The notes under the pieces are model-generated. The model saw only the letters and a list, made by a program, of their open reading frames with translations, was not told the DNA's origin and ran no database searches. A program made the translations under genes and the position numbers. Below, one piece after another: positions 8,569-18,252 of a stretch of DNA of 39,759 nucleotides (the first letter of the stretch is position 1; each line of letters starts with the position of its first letter). Origin of the DNA: Sulfurimonadaceae bacterium (lineage in GTDB: Bacteria; Campylobacterota; Campylobacteria; Campylobacterales; Sulfurimonadaceae); the NCBI GenBank assembly GCA_041562555.1, contig JBFEXS010000005.1, forward strand, positions 1 to 39,759, written 5' to 3'.

Positions 8569-9858
8569 TTAAAAATCATGGGCACCATGAGCACCGATAG
8601 ACAGGTTGATAGATAAAAGCACTGAATCAACATCCTCCGATGCAAAGCCATTTGCCGTCTCCTTGTACAAAGCATTATTATGGATGTATTCCAGACGAAG
8701 TCGGCTGAACTCACTGAAATGGTACTCTCCCATGAGGGTATAACGCTTATATCGATCCGAAGGTAAGGCCTCTTCTAAAAATGCGTACTCGTTCTTATAA
8801 ATACTCTCATAACGCGCTCCAAAGCGTAGATTACTGTTATGTGCATAGACCAACTGTGAATAATAGCCTTCTTGCTTGATCTTTTGTGCAAACACTTCTA
8901 CCGGGTTGGCACCTTCTATATGATACTCGTCTCCACTCTTCTCAAGATACATCCACTCAGTTTGCCATGCGAGAAAGCTATAGGAATCAAAATAGTGTTT
9001 GATCGTCAATTCGACGTTATACAGCTCACTTGAACCATCAAAGGCGACTTCATGTCCTCCGTGGTCATGATAAAGCCGGCTCTTCCCATACACATAGGAG
9101 ACACCCGGCATGACCGTCATATCACCGATGTCAAATGAGGTCTTCAGGTATCCCACTGCCATTGACGGAGCATCTGCACCTTTTATCTCTGTGGAGACAT
9201 TGTTGTCATCCTGTAGTGTGATGGTGTCATTTCCAAAGGTCTTCGCATTATCTCCCTGAAGAAGCTCCAAGCCGATCATCACATACTCGTCAAGAGGCAA
9301 GGTATACTGAAGCTGGACCCCTACCTCATTCAGATGGTCATATCCCAAAAAGCCCTCATAGACCAAAGGAGCCTCATTAAAATCCCAAAAGTGCGGGTGC
9401 TGCTTATTCAGGCGTCCAAAATCACTCAAAAACTTCCCACCGCGTAGACGCAGTCCGTCTGCCATGGTTGTATTGGTGAAATAGGCCTCTTCTACACCCA
9501 CCGTGTCTTCTTCGAAATGTAAAACAGCATCCAGGGAGAAGCTTGGGTCCACATTGGCAGACAAGATCAATTCGGCATAGTTAAAATTAAAGCCGTTATC
9601 CGAGCTATATGCCGAATGGGCATGACCATGACCGTCATCACCTTGGGAGAAGACATCCTCGCTGATTCCCGGAATGCTCAGGCCTTCTAATTCGTCTTGG
9701 TCTTTATTCCGACTGACATAGGACGCATCCATGATCAAAGAGATATCAGGGATAAACTGGGATTGAGCAAAACTTCGTTGTTCAATAGGTTTGATGGCAG
9801 GTGCCTGCGCATAACTAAGGGTACTCGCACATAGTGCTATATAAATAGATTGTTTCAT
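8569..9858 (-). CDS. His-rich outer-membrane beta-barrel metal porin/receptor (family associated with Zn uptake clusters)
   Basis: Signal peptide, IPDISLI, GHGHAH, EEAY, FGRLN.QHPH.WDF, FSEFSRLRLEY and C-terminal GAHGAHDF. Confidence 0.8.
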   Translation of the reverse strand: MKQSIYIALCASTLSYAQAPAIKPIEQRSFAQSQFIPDISLIMDASYVSRNKDQDELEGLSIPGISEDVFSQGDDGHGHAHSAYSSDNGFNFNYAELILSANVDPSFSLDAVLHFEEDTVGVEEAYFTNTTMADGLRLRGGKFLSDFGRLNKQHPHFWDFNEAPLVYEGFLGYDHLNEVGVQLQYTLPLDEYVMIGLELLQGDNAKTFGNDTITLQDDNNVSTEIKGADAPSMAVGYLKTSFDIGDMTVMPGVSYVYGKSRLYHDHGGHEVAFDGSSELYNVELTIKHYFDSYSFLAWQTEWMYLEKSGDEYHIEGANPVEVFAQKIKQEGYYSQLVYAHNSNLRFGARYESIYKNEYAFLEEALPSDRYKRYTLMGEYHFSEFSRLRLEYIHNNALYKETANGFASEDVDSVLLSINLSIGAHGAHDF

Positions 9859-9910
9859 CTTGTTTCCTAAAAAATATAATAAAGTGTGTTATCTGGTTTT
9901 AGGAAAAAGA
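9858..9910 (-). promoter_or_regulatory. Anti-Shine-Dalgarno hairpin linking the uORF 3' end to the barrel gene RBS
   Basis: mRNA UCUUUUUCCUAAAA (9910-9897) pairs with UUUUAGGAAA(C)AAGA (9872-9858): 14 bp with one bulge, covering AGGA and the A of AUG. Confidence 0.65.
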
Positions 9911-10162
9911 GGGAGGGGCACGGGAAAGCGTGTATTTGAATACCTTAGAAACATACGTTTCTTGTACATATTGCGGTGCAGTGAAACAACATTCGATTGC
10001 TTCAAGTACAAAGGGATGAGCTATATCAGCACTGCTCAGATTATGCTGGATAATACAGACCTGACACTCATCACTGACATGTCCATCGCTATGTTGGTGA
10101 AAACTCGATAAGAGTGTTCCAACGACGATAAGGGCAAGAATAAAATGTCGATAAAATTTCAT
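9899..10162 (-). CDS. DUF2946-like (CruR/CutF-type) secreted uORF peptide with CxxC and C-terminal RAPP motif
   Basis: 87 aa from ATG 10162: signal-like N-terminus, HQH..GH, CQVC, C-terminal SRAPPSFS; TATAAT upstream. Confidence 0.8.
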   Translation of the reverse strand: MKFYRHFILALIVVGTLLSSFHQHSDGHVSDECQVCIIQHNLSSADIAHPFVLEAIECCFTAPQYVQETYVSKVFKYTLSRAPPSFS

Positions 10163-10248
10163 ACCCCAAGCCTTGTTTTTTCGCAATTATAGCACAAGCC
10201 TATTATCCGAACCATCCAGATAAAACATATTGTCAATAAAAGAAAAAT

Positions 10249-12519
10249 CTAATCAGCAGCGACAACTCTGTTTTTGCCACTCCCTTTGGCCTTATACAAG
10301 GCGTCATCAGCACGTGTAATCAGCTTATATACACTCGGTTCCTGTGCATACTCGGCCACACCGAAACTTGCCGTGACATTGATATCGCCAGCGTGTAATT
10401 CTTTATCTATCATGGAACAGAGTAATTCTGCCAAATGCCTTGCCCCTTCCATCTTCGTATGCGGACAGATGATCAGGAACTCTTCACCTCCCCATCGTCC
10501 GACAACATCATTTTCCCTTGAGTGCTGTTTAAGCACCTTTGATATCGATATCAGTACCTTATCGCCTTCATTGTGTCCAAAAGTATCATTAATCTCTTTA
10601 AAGTCATCGATATCCAGCAGTATGATCGAAAAAGGCGTCTCATAACGTTTGGCAAGCTCCAAAACACTTGCAAGGCTCTTATCCAGATGGCGTCGATTAT
10701 ACAGTTTTGTGAGAGCATCAAGGATTGAAAGCCGGGTAAGCTCCTCATTATGCTTACTCAGGACACGATAACGATAGATAAAGAAGATTGAAATAATGAA
10801 AAAAAGAGCGATGATCTCATTCATGAGCTTATAATCGACGATCTCTTCGTACTCGACACTCAGCCAACGCTGCTTAATCATACGTTTTTGCTCTTCGCTA
10901 ATTGAATTGAGCACCTTATCGATGATCCCTGCCAAAAGCACATCATCTTTTCTTACAGCCATATACGCCTTCATGTCTGCGCCAAAACGTCCCGAGATCT
11001 TCATACTTTCGACATAATCGTTCTGGACCGCATAACTCGTGGAGAACAGATCTCCAAAAAACCCGTATATTTCACCCTTATCGACCGCTTCAAGCCCCTC
11101 TTCTTTCGTCGTAAACTCAATAAGCTCAATTCCCAGATCCATGGCCCGTAATTCCTCCGCTGCCACTGTACCCGATTGGATACCGACTGTTTTTCCTTCA
11201 AGATCAGCAAGATCGGCAATGAAGCTTTGCTCTTTTTTTGTTGCTATGACCAAAGCGCCTTTTGCATAAGGCTGTGTGAACCTCATCAACTTTTGTCTGT
11301 CACTGTTCTCCCGTATCAAGGGTATCAGATCACACTCACCCCTTTGAAAGCGACCCATGATCTCATGCATGCTCTCATGTCCGAGAACATTCAGTCTCAG
11401 ACCGGTCTTTTCACTGATAATCTTTAAATAATCGGAGACAATTCCTGTATCCTTATCTCCCTCGACGCCATGCAAAGGCATGAAGTTCGAAAAAGTACAC
11501 ACATTAATCTCTTCTTTTTCCTCAAGATATCCACGCTGACCTTTTGTAAAACTTGGAGTATTTAGTTCTTCAGGTTTAAGATAGAACGTATCGATATCTA
11601 TCTCATTTTTGATCAGTCCCATCACATTATATACGTTATAAAGTCCTGTTAGCTTGTGCTCTTCCAGCTCACCCAGCTTGGCATGTTTGTAATAGGCAAG
11701 TTTCTTAAGCGTCCTGCCCTCATAGATATAGGCATCCAGGGACTTCTGCTGCCCGTTATATTTCTCATAGATAAGCCTTGCCGTCTCTTCAATATGATCA
11801 AAAGCGTACTTCCATCCCCGTAAAGAGGCCTGCGTAAAGTTTCGTGCCCGTCCTTTATGATGCGTAAGCTCATATTGACAGGTAAAAAGGATGTCTCCGT
11901 AAAAATCAAACCCATGTTCTTTTGGATCGAAGATAATATAATCTATTCCTTTGTTATTCAATTGATACGGTTCATTTGAGAGATAGGAAGCCATAAGATC
12001 CGTCTTGCCTGTGATCAGGTCATTCAAATCAGAGCTGTGATTGAGGACCGTCATCTCCTCCAAAGAAATACCTGCCTTGTTCATCATCGCCCGAATAGCG
12101 ACCTCAGCTTCGACGGAACCTGTCATCATGACTGATCTACCGCGAAAATCCGACACACTCTGTATACCCGAATCTTTACGCGCTAACAATACGGAAGGGG
12201 AAGACTGCAAGATAGCTGCTAGAAGGACGACCTCCTTACCCTTTCCTTTTTCCACAAACAGGGATGAACGCCCGATTCCATAGGTCGCCTTTTCCTTTAG
12301 TATATCCTCTAAAGGATCGATTCCGACTTGAAATTTTTTGATATCGACATCGAGTCCCGCCTCTTCATAAAAGCCTTTTTCCTTAGCCACATAATAGCCT
12401 GCAAACTGGAACTGGTCCAGCCAGTTTAATTGCAGGGACACCTTCTCAAGGGGGTCTGCGATAAGCGAGGATGCGTATAACAATATTACAAATATATAAT
12501 CTGTTCTTATCTTAGTCAT
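10249..12519 (-). CDS. Diguanylate cyclase with NMT1/THI5-like and amino-acid-binding-protein-like periplasmic sensor domains
   Basis: QFQFAGYYVAKEKGFY (NMT1), a second SBP domain, one TM helix, intact RWGGEEF with RxxD I-site (REND). Confidence 0.92.
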   Translation of the reverse strand: MTKIRTDYIFVILLYASSLIADPLEKVSLQLNWLDQFQFAGYYVAKEKGFYEEAGLDVDIKKFQVGIDPLEDILKEKATYGIGRSSLFVEKGKGKEVVLLAAILQSSPSVLLARKDSGIQSVSDFRGRSVMMTGSVEAEVAIRAMMNKAGISLEEMTVLNHSSDLNDLITGKTDLMASYLSNEPYQLNNKGIDYIIFDPKEHGFDFYGDILFTCQYELTHHKGRARNFTQASLRGWKYAFDHIEETARLIYEKYNGQQKSLDAYIYEGRTLKKLAYYKHAKLGELEEHKLTGLYNVYNVMGLIKNEIDIDTFYLKPEELNTPSFTKGQRGYLEEKEEINVCTFSNFMPLHGVEGDKDTGIVSDYLKIISEKTGLRLNVLGHESMHEIMGRFQRGECDLIPLIRENSDRQKLMRFTQPYAKGALVIATKKEQSFIADLADLEGKTVGIQSGTVAAEELRAMDLGIELIEFTTKEEGLEAVDKGEIYGFFGDLFSTSYAVQNDYVESMKISGRFGADMKAYMAVRKDDVLLAGIIDKVLNSISEEQKRMIKQRWLSVEYEEIVDYKLMNEIIALFFIISIFFIYRYRVLSKHNEELTRLSILDALTKLYNRRHLDKSLASVLELAKRYETPFSIILLDIDDFKEINDTFGHNEGDKVLISISKVLKQHSRENDVVGRWGGEEFLIICPHTKMEGARHLAELLCSMIDKELHAGDINVTASFGVAEYAQEPSVYKLITRADDALYKAKGSGKNRVVAAD

Positions 12520-12572
12520 GGGCCTATTGTAGCTTAAAAAATGAAAAAGAATTGTAAAAAAATATATTTAGT

Positions 12573-12926
12573 TTATTCCGAACTCCCGCATTTTCCCTCT
12601 CCGCATTTCATGACTGGTTCTTTGGTATCGGTGCCACACTTGGTAGAAAGCTTTCCTGTCCTCGGGTCGCGCACACAGTTATATACAGCTTTCGTGGTCT
12701 CAGCTTTAAGGACACACTCTCTTCTGGGATCATCCTGGCGCATCTGAGAAAGGATGTTCTTCTTTTTATTTGCCAAAGCCGTATTACCGTCAAACATATT
12801 CGCACCGCATTTGCCTGCCCCGCACTTCATATCTGAGGCGCCCTTTTGCCCGCGATCTTGATCTTTATCGCCACATCCTCCCAAAACAATGAGACTCATG
12901 ATGATCACTGCATATCCTTTGATCAT
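12573..12926 (-). CDS. Small Cys-rich lipoprotein with KCGxGKCG repeats (HvfA-like)
   Basis: Lipobox LGG-C; MKCGAGKCG, TKCG and MKCGEGKCG; ATGA overlap with the cusA stop. Confidence 0.75.
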   Translation of the reverse strand: MIKGYAVIIMSLIVLGGCGDKDQDRGQKGASDMKCGAGKCGANMFDGNTALANKKKNILSQMRQDDPRRECVLKAETTKAVYNCVRDPRTGKLSTKCGTDTKEPVMKCGEGKCGSSE

Positions 12927-15900
12927 TGCTCCACCTCCCTACGCGCATATAATTCAAATAGTACCGGAATGATAACCAGGCTTAGGATTGCCGAACTGAT
13001 CACTCCTCCCAACATCGGTGCGGCGATACGCTGCATCACTTCTGAACCGACACCGCTGATATACATGATCGGCGTCAAACCTGCCAGAATAGAAAAGACC
13101 GTCATCAGTTTTGGCCGAACCCTCTTGACCGCCCCCTCATACACCGCATCGTTCAGTATTTTTAACGTCAACCCATCCCCATGTATCTGCTTTGCCTCTT
13201 TGAGTGCCTCTTGTAAATAGACAATCATGACAATCGCCGTCTCTGCAGCAACGCCTAACAGTGCTAAAAATCCTACGATAACAGCAACACTCATGGAAAA
13301 ATCAAGCAAATAGACATAGATCACACCCCCAAGAAGCGCAAAAGGAAGTGTACAAAAGACAATCAATGTCGGGACAGTCTCCTTGAGTGCAAGATAGATA
13401 AGTACCAGAATGCTTATCAAAACAAGAGGAATGATCCAAATAATCTTGGCCATTGCTGCTTCGAGATATTCACTCTGTCCTGCCCACTCGATATGATATC
13501 CCGGTTCAAAGGCTATCTTTTCCATCAAGGCTTGTGCGCCCTCTTTATATTCTGAAGCGCTGATACCCTCTTTTGGTGTGATGTAGATAAGTGTCACCGG
13601 TTTTGCGGTCTCTGACTTGATGACCGAGGCACTCTGTCGATAAGAAACCTCGGCAAAGGTACTCATGGGGACAAACCCTAGTTTGGTCTTGATCTGCAGA
13701 TCCTTGATACTCTGAATCGATTGGCGTTCATGTTCATCCAGACGCAGCGTAATGGGATAACGTTCAAGCCCCTTATACATCGTGGAGACCTTCATCCCAC
13801 CGATGGCTAACGAGGTATATTCCAAAAGAGCATCTTTCTTCAGACCATAACGCTGCAATGCTTCCTCGTCTATCTCTATATCGATGTAATATCCCGTACC
13901 TGCCTGATCTGCAAAGACTGTTTGCGTCTTGCCGTAGTTACGTAAGATCTCCTCGATCTGCTTACCATATCTCTGGAGTCCATCGGTCGTCTGGCCATAC
14001 AGTTTGATACCAAGAGGTGTACGTATCCCGCTTAGAAGCATGTCGATGCGGCCCCGAATAGGATACGTCCAGGAGTTTACAAGTCCCGGGATTTGCAAAG
14101 CGTCCTCCATCTCGGCCTTGAGTCTTTCATAGCTCATTCCCTCACGCCATTGATCTTTATCCTTAAACGTAATGATCGTCTCAAGCATTCCCAACGGAGC
14201 AGGGTCTGTAGCGGTGTTAGCCCTTCCACCCTTCCCAAAGACGCTATCCACCTCGGGAAATGATTTCAAGATCTTGTCCGTTTTCTGTGTCAATTCCTTG
14301 GACTGATCAATGGAGATACCATACGGTGTCACCGGCATATACATCAGACTCTGCTCATTAAGCATCGGCATAAACTCCCATGAAAGACTCTTGTACAAAG
14401 GGTACATCGATACAAGAGAGACCAATACCAGACTCAAGACCAGATATTTGAAACGCAGACTCTGTACCAATATAGGACGATAGATCCAGATAAAAAACCG
14501 GTTCAAAGGGTTTGCGTTCTCGGGACGTATCCTTCCCTTGATGAAAAAGACCATCAAAGCAGGCACCAGAGTGACACTCAAAAGTGCACCTGCTGCCATG
14601 GCAAAGGTCTTCGTAAAGGCCAGTGGCGTGAACAAAAGCCCTTCTTGATCCGTAAGTGCAAAAATAGGCAAGAAAGAAACGACGATCAAAGCCAGGGCAA
14701 AAAATATCGGCCGCCCGACTCGCTGAGAGGTACTTGTCAATATCGACAACCGTTCTCGATACTCCGGGGCTCTGCCCTCCTCTTGCTCAAACTTCTGCAT
14801 GCCCTTGTGGGCATTTTCGATCATCACAATACTCGCATCGACGATTGTACCGATCGCAATGGCAATACCCCCCAGAGACATGATATTTGAGCCGATATCA
14901 AACAGATACATCAACAAAAAGGTACTGCCAACCGTCAAGGGAAGCACGATCAATACGATCAGTGAAGAACGTATATGCAGCAAGAACAGCCCGATGATCA
15001 AGACAACGATGATACTCTCTTCTATCAGGGTGTCGCGCAGGGTGTCGATCGCTTTTTCAATCAGATCAGATCGATCATATACGACCGTGACGTCCACATC
15101 ATCCAGCTTGAGTGTCTGCATCTTCTCCTTGATACGCTTGATGGCTGCATACACGTCTTCACCATATCGAAGCAGTACGATCCCGCCTACGACCTCCCCC
15201 TCTCCGTTCAGATCCGCGACCCCCCGTCTTGCAGCAGGAATCAGTTCAACACGGCCAATATCCCCGAGGGTAATCTGAATACCCGCCTGTTCACCTACCA
15301 CCAGTCGGCGGATCTCTTCAAGACTTTTGACATACCCTTTGGCCTGTACCATCCATTCAAAACCGTTCTCGATGATGATCCGTCCACCGGTATCATTGTT
15401 GTTCGCCCGAAGAACCTTGGCAACATCATTGATACTCAAGCCGTACCGTACAAGGTTATCATTATTTACACTCACCTGATATGTCGGGATAAATCCGCCG
15501 ATAGAAGCGACTTCACTGACTCCGTCAACACCCATCAGTGCATATTTATAATGGTAATCCTGAATACTCCGAAGTTCCGCCAGGTTTTTCGTCTTGGAAC
15601 TCAGTGCATACTCATATGCCCATCCTACGCCCGAGGCATCCGGCCCTAGAGAGACTTTCATCGATGAAGGCAACTGGGACTGTACGACAGAGAGCTGTTC
15701 CAAAACACGGCTTCGTGCCCAATAAAGATCCGTTCCCTCCTTAAAGATGATATAGATAAGCCCGTTCTCATAGGTCGAATACCCCCGAACCGTATCAATA
15801 TCGGCAATCGAAAGAAACTGTGATACGAGAGGATATGTTCCCTGAGCTTCGATGATCTCCGGAGATTGCCCCGGCCAGTTGATCTGTACGATGGCTTGCG

Positions 15901-16033
15901 GCGGAGAGAGATCAGGAAGCGCATCCAAAGGGGTGTGTTTCATCGCATAATACGAGCCGAATATCAGGAACAGACTTGTGATCAGAACAAAGAGCCTATG
16001 TTTGATACTAAATGCTATTAACTTCTCAACCAT
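12923..16033 (-). CDS. cusA: CusA-type heavy-metal efflux RND permease (Cu+/Ag+)
   Basis: DALPDLS, YWARSRVLE, GPDASGVGW, NIMSLGGIAIAIG, RVRPKLMT; Met triad equivalents YMP / LGMLET / RIDML. Confidence 0.95.
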   Translation of the reverse strand: MVEKLIAFSIKHRLFVLITSLFLIFGSYYAMKHTPLDALPDLSPPQAIVQINWPGQSPEIIEAQGTYPLVSQFLSIADIDTVRGYSTYENGLIYIIFKEGTDLYWARSRVLEQLSVVQSQLPSSMKVSLGPDASGVGWAYEYALSSKTKNLAELRSIQDYHYKYALMGVDGVSEVASIGGFIPTYQVSVNNDNLVRYGLSINDVAKVLRANNNDTGGRIIIENGFEWMVQAKGYVKSLEEIRRLVVGEQAGIQITLGDIGRVELIPAARRGVADLNGEGEVVGGIVLLRYGEDVYAAIKRIKEKMQTLKLDDVDVTVVYDRSDLIEKAIDTLRDTLIEESIIVVLIIGLFLLHIRSSLIVLIVLPLTVGSTFLLMYLFDIGSNIMSLGGIAIAIGTIVDASIVMIENAHKGMQKFEQEEGRAPEYRERLSILTSTSQRVGRPIFFALALIVVSFLPIFALTDQEGLLFTPLAFTKTFAMAAGALLSVTLVPALMVFFIKGRIRPENANPLNRFFIWIYRPILVQSLRFKYLVLSLVLVSLVSMYPLYKSLSWEFMPMLNEQSLMYMPVTPYGISIDQSKELTQKTDKILKSFPEVDSVFGKGGRANTATDPAPLGMLETIITFKDKDQWREGMSYERLKAEMEDALQIPGLVNSWTYPIRGRIDMLLSGIRTPLGIKLYGQTTDGLQRYGKQIEEILRNYGKTQTVFADQAGTGYYIDIEIDEEALQRYGLKKDALLEYTSLAIGGMKVSTMYKGLERYPITLRLDEHERQSIQSIKDLQIKTKLGFVPMSTFAEVSYRQSASVIKSETAKPVTLIYITPKEGISASEYKEGAQALMEKIAFEPGYHIEWAGQSEYLEAAMAKIIWIIPLVLISILVLIYLALKETVPTLIVFCTLPFALLGGVIYVYLLDFSMSVAVIVGFLALLGVAAETAIVMIVYLQEALKEAKQIHGDGLTLKILNDAVYEGAVKRVRPKLMTVFSILAGLTPIMYISGVGSEVMQRIAAPMLGGVISSAILSLVIIPVLFELYARREVEQ

Positions 16034-16059
16034 CTTGTACGCCTTTAATCCTATTCATA

Positions 16060-17058
16060 CTAATACAGGTCATTTATCTGCGCATCCGCGTCCATCATGA
16101 ACATCGCATTGTTCACCACCTCATCCCCGACATGAAGTCCTTCAAGGACGATATAACGCTGTGCATCCAATGCTTTTACCCTGATTTCCCTAGGTTCATA
16201 TTCGCCTTTGAAGTCTCCCACCATAAAGACATAATGCTTACCGTTCTTTCGGATCACCGCCGTACTTGGAAGCAGCAGATGTTCTGCGGTATCGTTGAGT
16301 GAGATGACACTGGCATACATTCCCGGAAAAAGCTCATGCTGAGGGTTTTTCACTCTCAGACGCAGCGTCATCGTCGCTACCTTCGGATCAAGTCTTGGAT
16401 ACAAAAGTGCATTGTTGGTATGATAGGTCTTGTCTATCCCTTTGAAACTCAGCTCATACCCTTTGGTTGTGGAGAGTCGCGCCCGCTCCTCCTCAAAGAG
16501 TTTCGCTTCCACCCAGACCTCATCCAGATTGACGATCTCGAAGAGCTTCTGCTTTGCATTAAAGGCCGTTCCTTTTTGAATTCCCTTCATAAAGAGATAT
16601 CCGTCTACAGGTGCATAGATCGTAGTATTTGGAAGTGCTTTCTCGCCGGATATGACCGCATCGATCTCCCTTTTAGAGATCCCCAACAGCTCAAGTTTCA
16701 GACGGGCACTTGAAAGCATTCCCTGACTTGGCCGTTTTTTCGTATATTTATACGTGTTGAGATACTCATCCTTGGCCTTGAACACTTCGGGAGAGTAAAC
16801 TTGGACAAGGGCTTCGCCCTTTTTTACCCTCTTATATATCTTATCGGCGTACAGCTCCACCACATATCCCCCGAAACGGGGCGAGATATCATAGATTCGG
16901 CTCTCATCACGCATCACAAACCCATAGTTCTTGATACGCTCAGACACCTTCTGTTTGCTGACCTTGACCGTTTGCACACTAAAAAGCTGCTCTACCGTTT
17001 CTACCTGCCCTAACAATGGAAAAGCCATCAACAAGGCTACTATTATTTGTCGTTTCAT
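16060..17058 (-). CDS. cusB: CusB-type RND periplasmic adaptor
   Basis: V.KGE.L..VYSPE, LELLGIS, YPRLDP and L.PGMY motifs; lies between the TolC-like gene and cusA. Confidence 0.9.
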   Translation of the reverse strand: MKRQIIVALLMAFPLLGQVETVEQLFSVQTVKVSKQKVSERIKNYGFVMRDESRIYDISPRFGGYVVELYADKIYKRVKKGEALVQVYSPEVFKAKDEYLNTYKYTKKRPSQGMLSSARLKLELLGISKREIDAVISGEKALPNTTIYAPVDGYLFMKGIQKGTAFNAKQKLFEIVNLDEVWVEAKLFEEERARLSTTKGYELSFKGIDKTYHTNNALLYPRLDPKVATMTLRLRVKNPQHELFPGMYASVISLNDTAEHLLLPSTAVIRKNGKHYVFMVGDFKGEYEPREIRVKALDAQRYIVLEGLHVGDEVVNNAMFMMDADAQINDLY

Positions 17059-18233
17059 TCTACCTCTCCTGACAGGGCAGCTATCCTCGCATCGGCACGG
17101 CTATAATTAGCTACCGCTCGAATACGCTTTTGCTCCAGTTTCAGTTTTTTGACCAACAGATCGATATACTTGAAAAGATCTCCTCCCGTCGCGATGGAAG
17201 AACTTGTCAACTCGAACATGTGCTCGATCTGCGGCAAGGCTTCATCCTCGATGATATGATAGATCTCATAGGCCGACTTCATCTGTGCATAGGTGCTTTT
17301 AAACTGCATCTTCACATCCATCCGGAGATCCTCTTTCATATGTTCGGCGGAAAGTGCCTTCTTACGTGCAGCCTCTTCAAGGTGATCCTCCTTGCCATAC
17401 AGGGGCAGACTCATCCCCACCCCTACACTCCAGTAATCATCAAAGTTCTCTCTATAGGAGTAACCTGCCAACAGGGTAAGATCAGGATAATTGTTCAATG
17501 CTGCTTTCTGCACCAGCAGATGCTGCTTATCGACCTCTTTTTGCTTCACTGCCAGTGCCCGGTTATTTTCAAGTGTCTCCTTGAGACGATCATCCTCGGG
17601 AAGATCCCACACTGCCAAGTCCAGCTGTAGGTCCTCGACCTCAAAAGCCGCCAAATAAGAGAGTCGTGTATATGCCGAGGCGATCTGTGCCTTGAGTTTG
17701 CTCTCTTGAATACGAAGATCCGAGCGGGTCAACTCCGCCGACATGATCCCCATATGTTGATTATCCGTTGTAGATGTGTAGGACTCAAAAAGTTCGATGT
17801 TTTGCCGGGTAAGATCAACATAGGTATGAATACTCTTATACAGCTCTTGCAGTTCCCAAATGGTATACGCCTGCTGTTTGATAGCATAGACCAGATCGAC
17901 TTTAGCCTGCGCCAGTCTCTCCTGCATGAGTGCCTCATCTGCCTGAGACACTTCCTCCTCTGCGTCGCGTTTTCCAAAATAGAAAAGTTTCTGTTTTAAG
18001 GTCAGTATCTTTTGGCTCATCGGTTCACTCGGATCAAGACTGTTTTGGATATACGAGAGTTCAGGATTCGCGAAACGTCCGGAGGCTTCACTCATAGAGG
18101 CACTCGCCTCGATACGCTCGGAGATCGACTCCAAAGAGGGGTTTGTATTCACCGCTCTGTCTATAACCTCTTTGAGCGTAACTGCCTGTAGACTCAAAGA
18201 CAACAGAATAGACAACAATAAACCATACTTCAT
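17055..18233 (-). CDS. TolC-family outer-membrane efflux protein (CusC/CrdB-like)
   Basis: Signal peptide, helical OEP repeats, YPDLTL..GY..R and VGVGMSLPLY. Confidence 0.88.
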   Translation of the reverse strand: MKYGLLLSILLSLSLQAVTLKEVIDRAVNTNPSLESISERIEASASMSEASGRFANPELSYIQNSLDPSEPMSQKILTLKQKLFYFGKRDAEEEVSQADEALMQERLAQAKVDLVYAIKQQAYTIWELQELYKSIHTYVDLTRQNIELFESYTSTTDNQHMGIMSAELTRSDLRIQESKLKAQIASAYTRLSYLAAFEVEDLQLDLAVWDLPEDDRLKETLENNRALAVKQKEVDKQHLLVQKAALNNYPDLTLLAGYSYRENFDDYWSVGVGMSLPLYGKEDHLEEAARKKALSAEHMKEDLRMDVKMQFKSTYAQMKSAYEIYHIIEDEALPQIEHMFELTSSSIATGGDLFKYIDLLVKKLKLEQKRIRAVANYSRADARIAALSGEVE

Positions 18234-18252
18234 AGATATCCTTGTTTAAATG

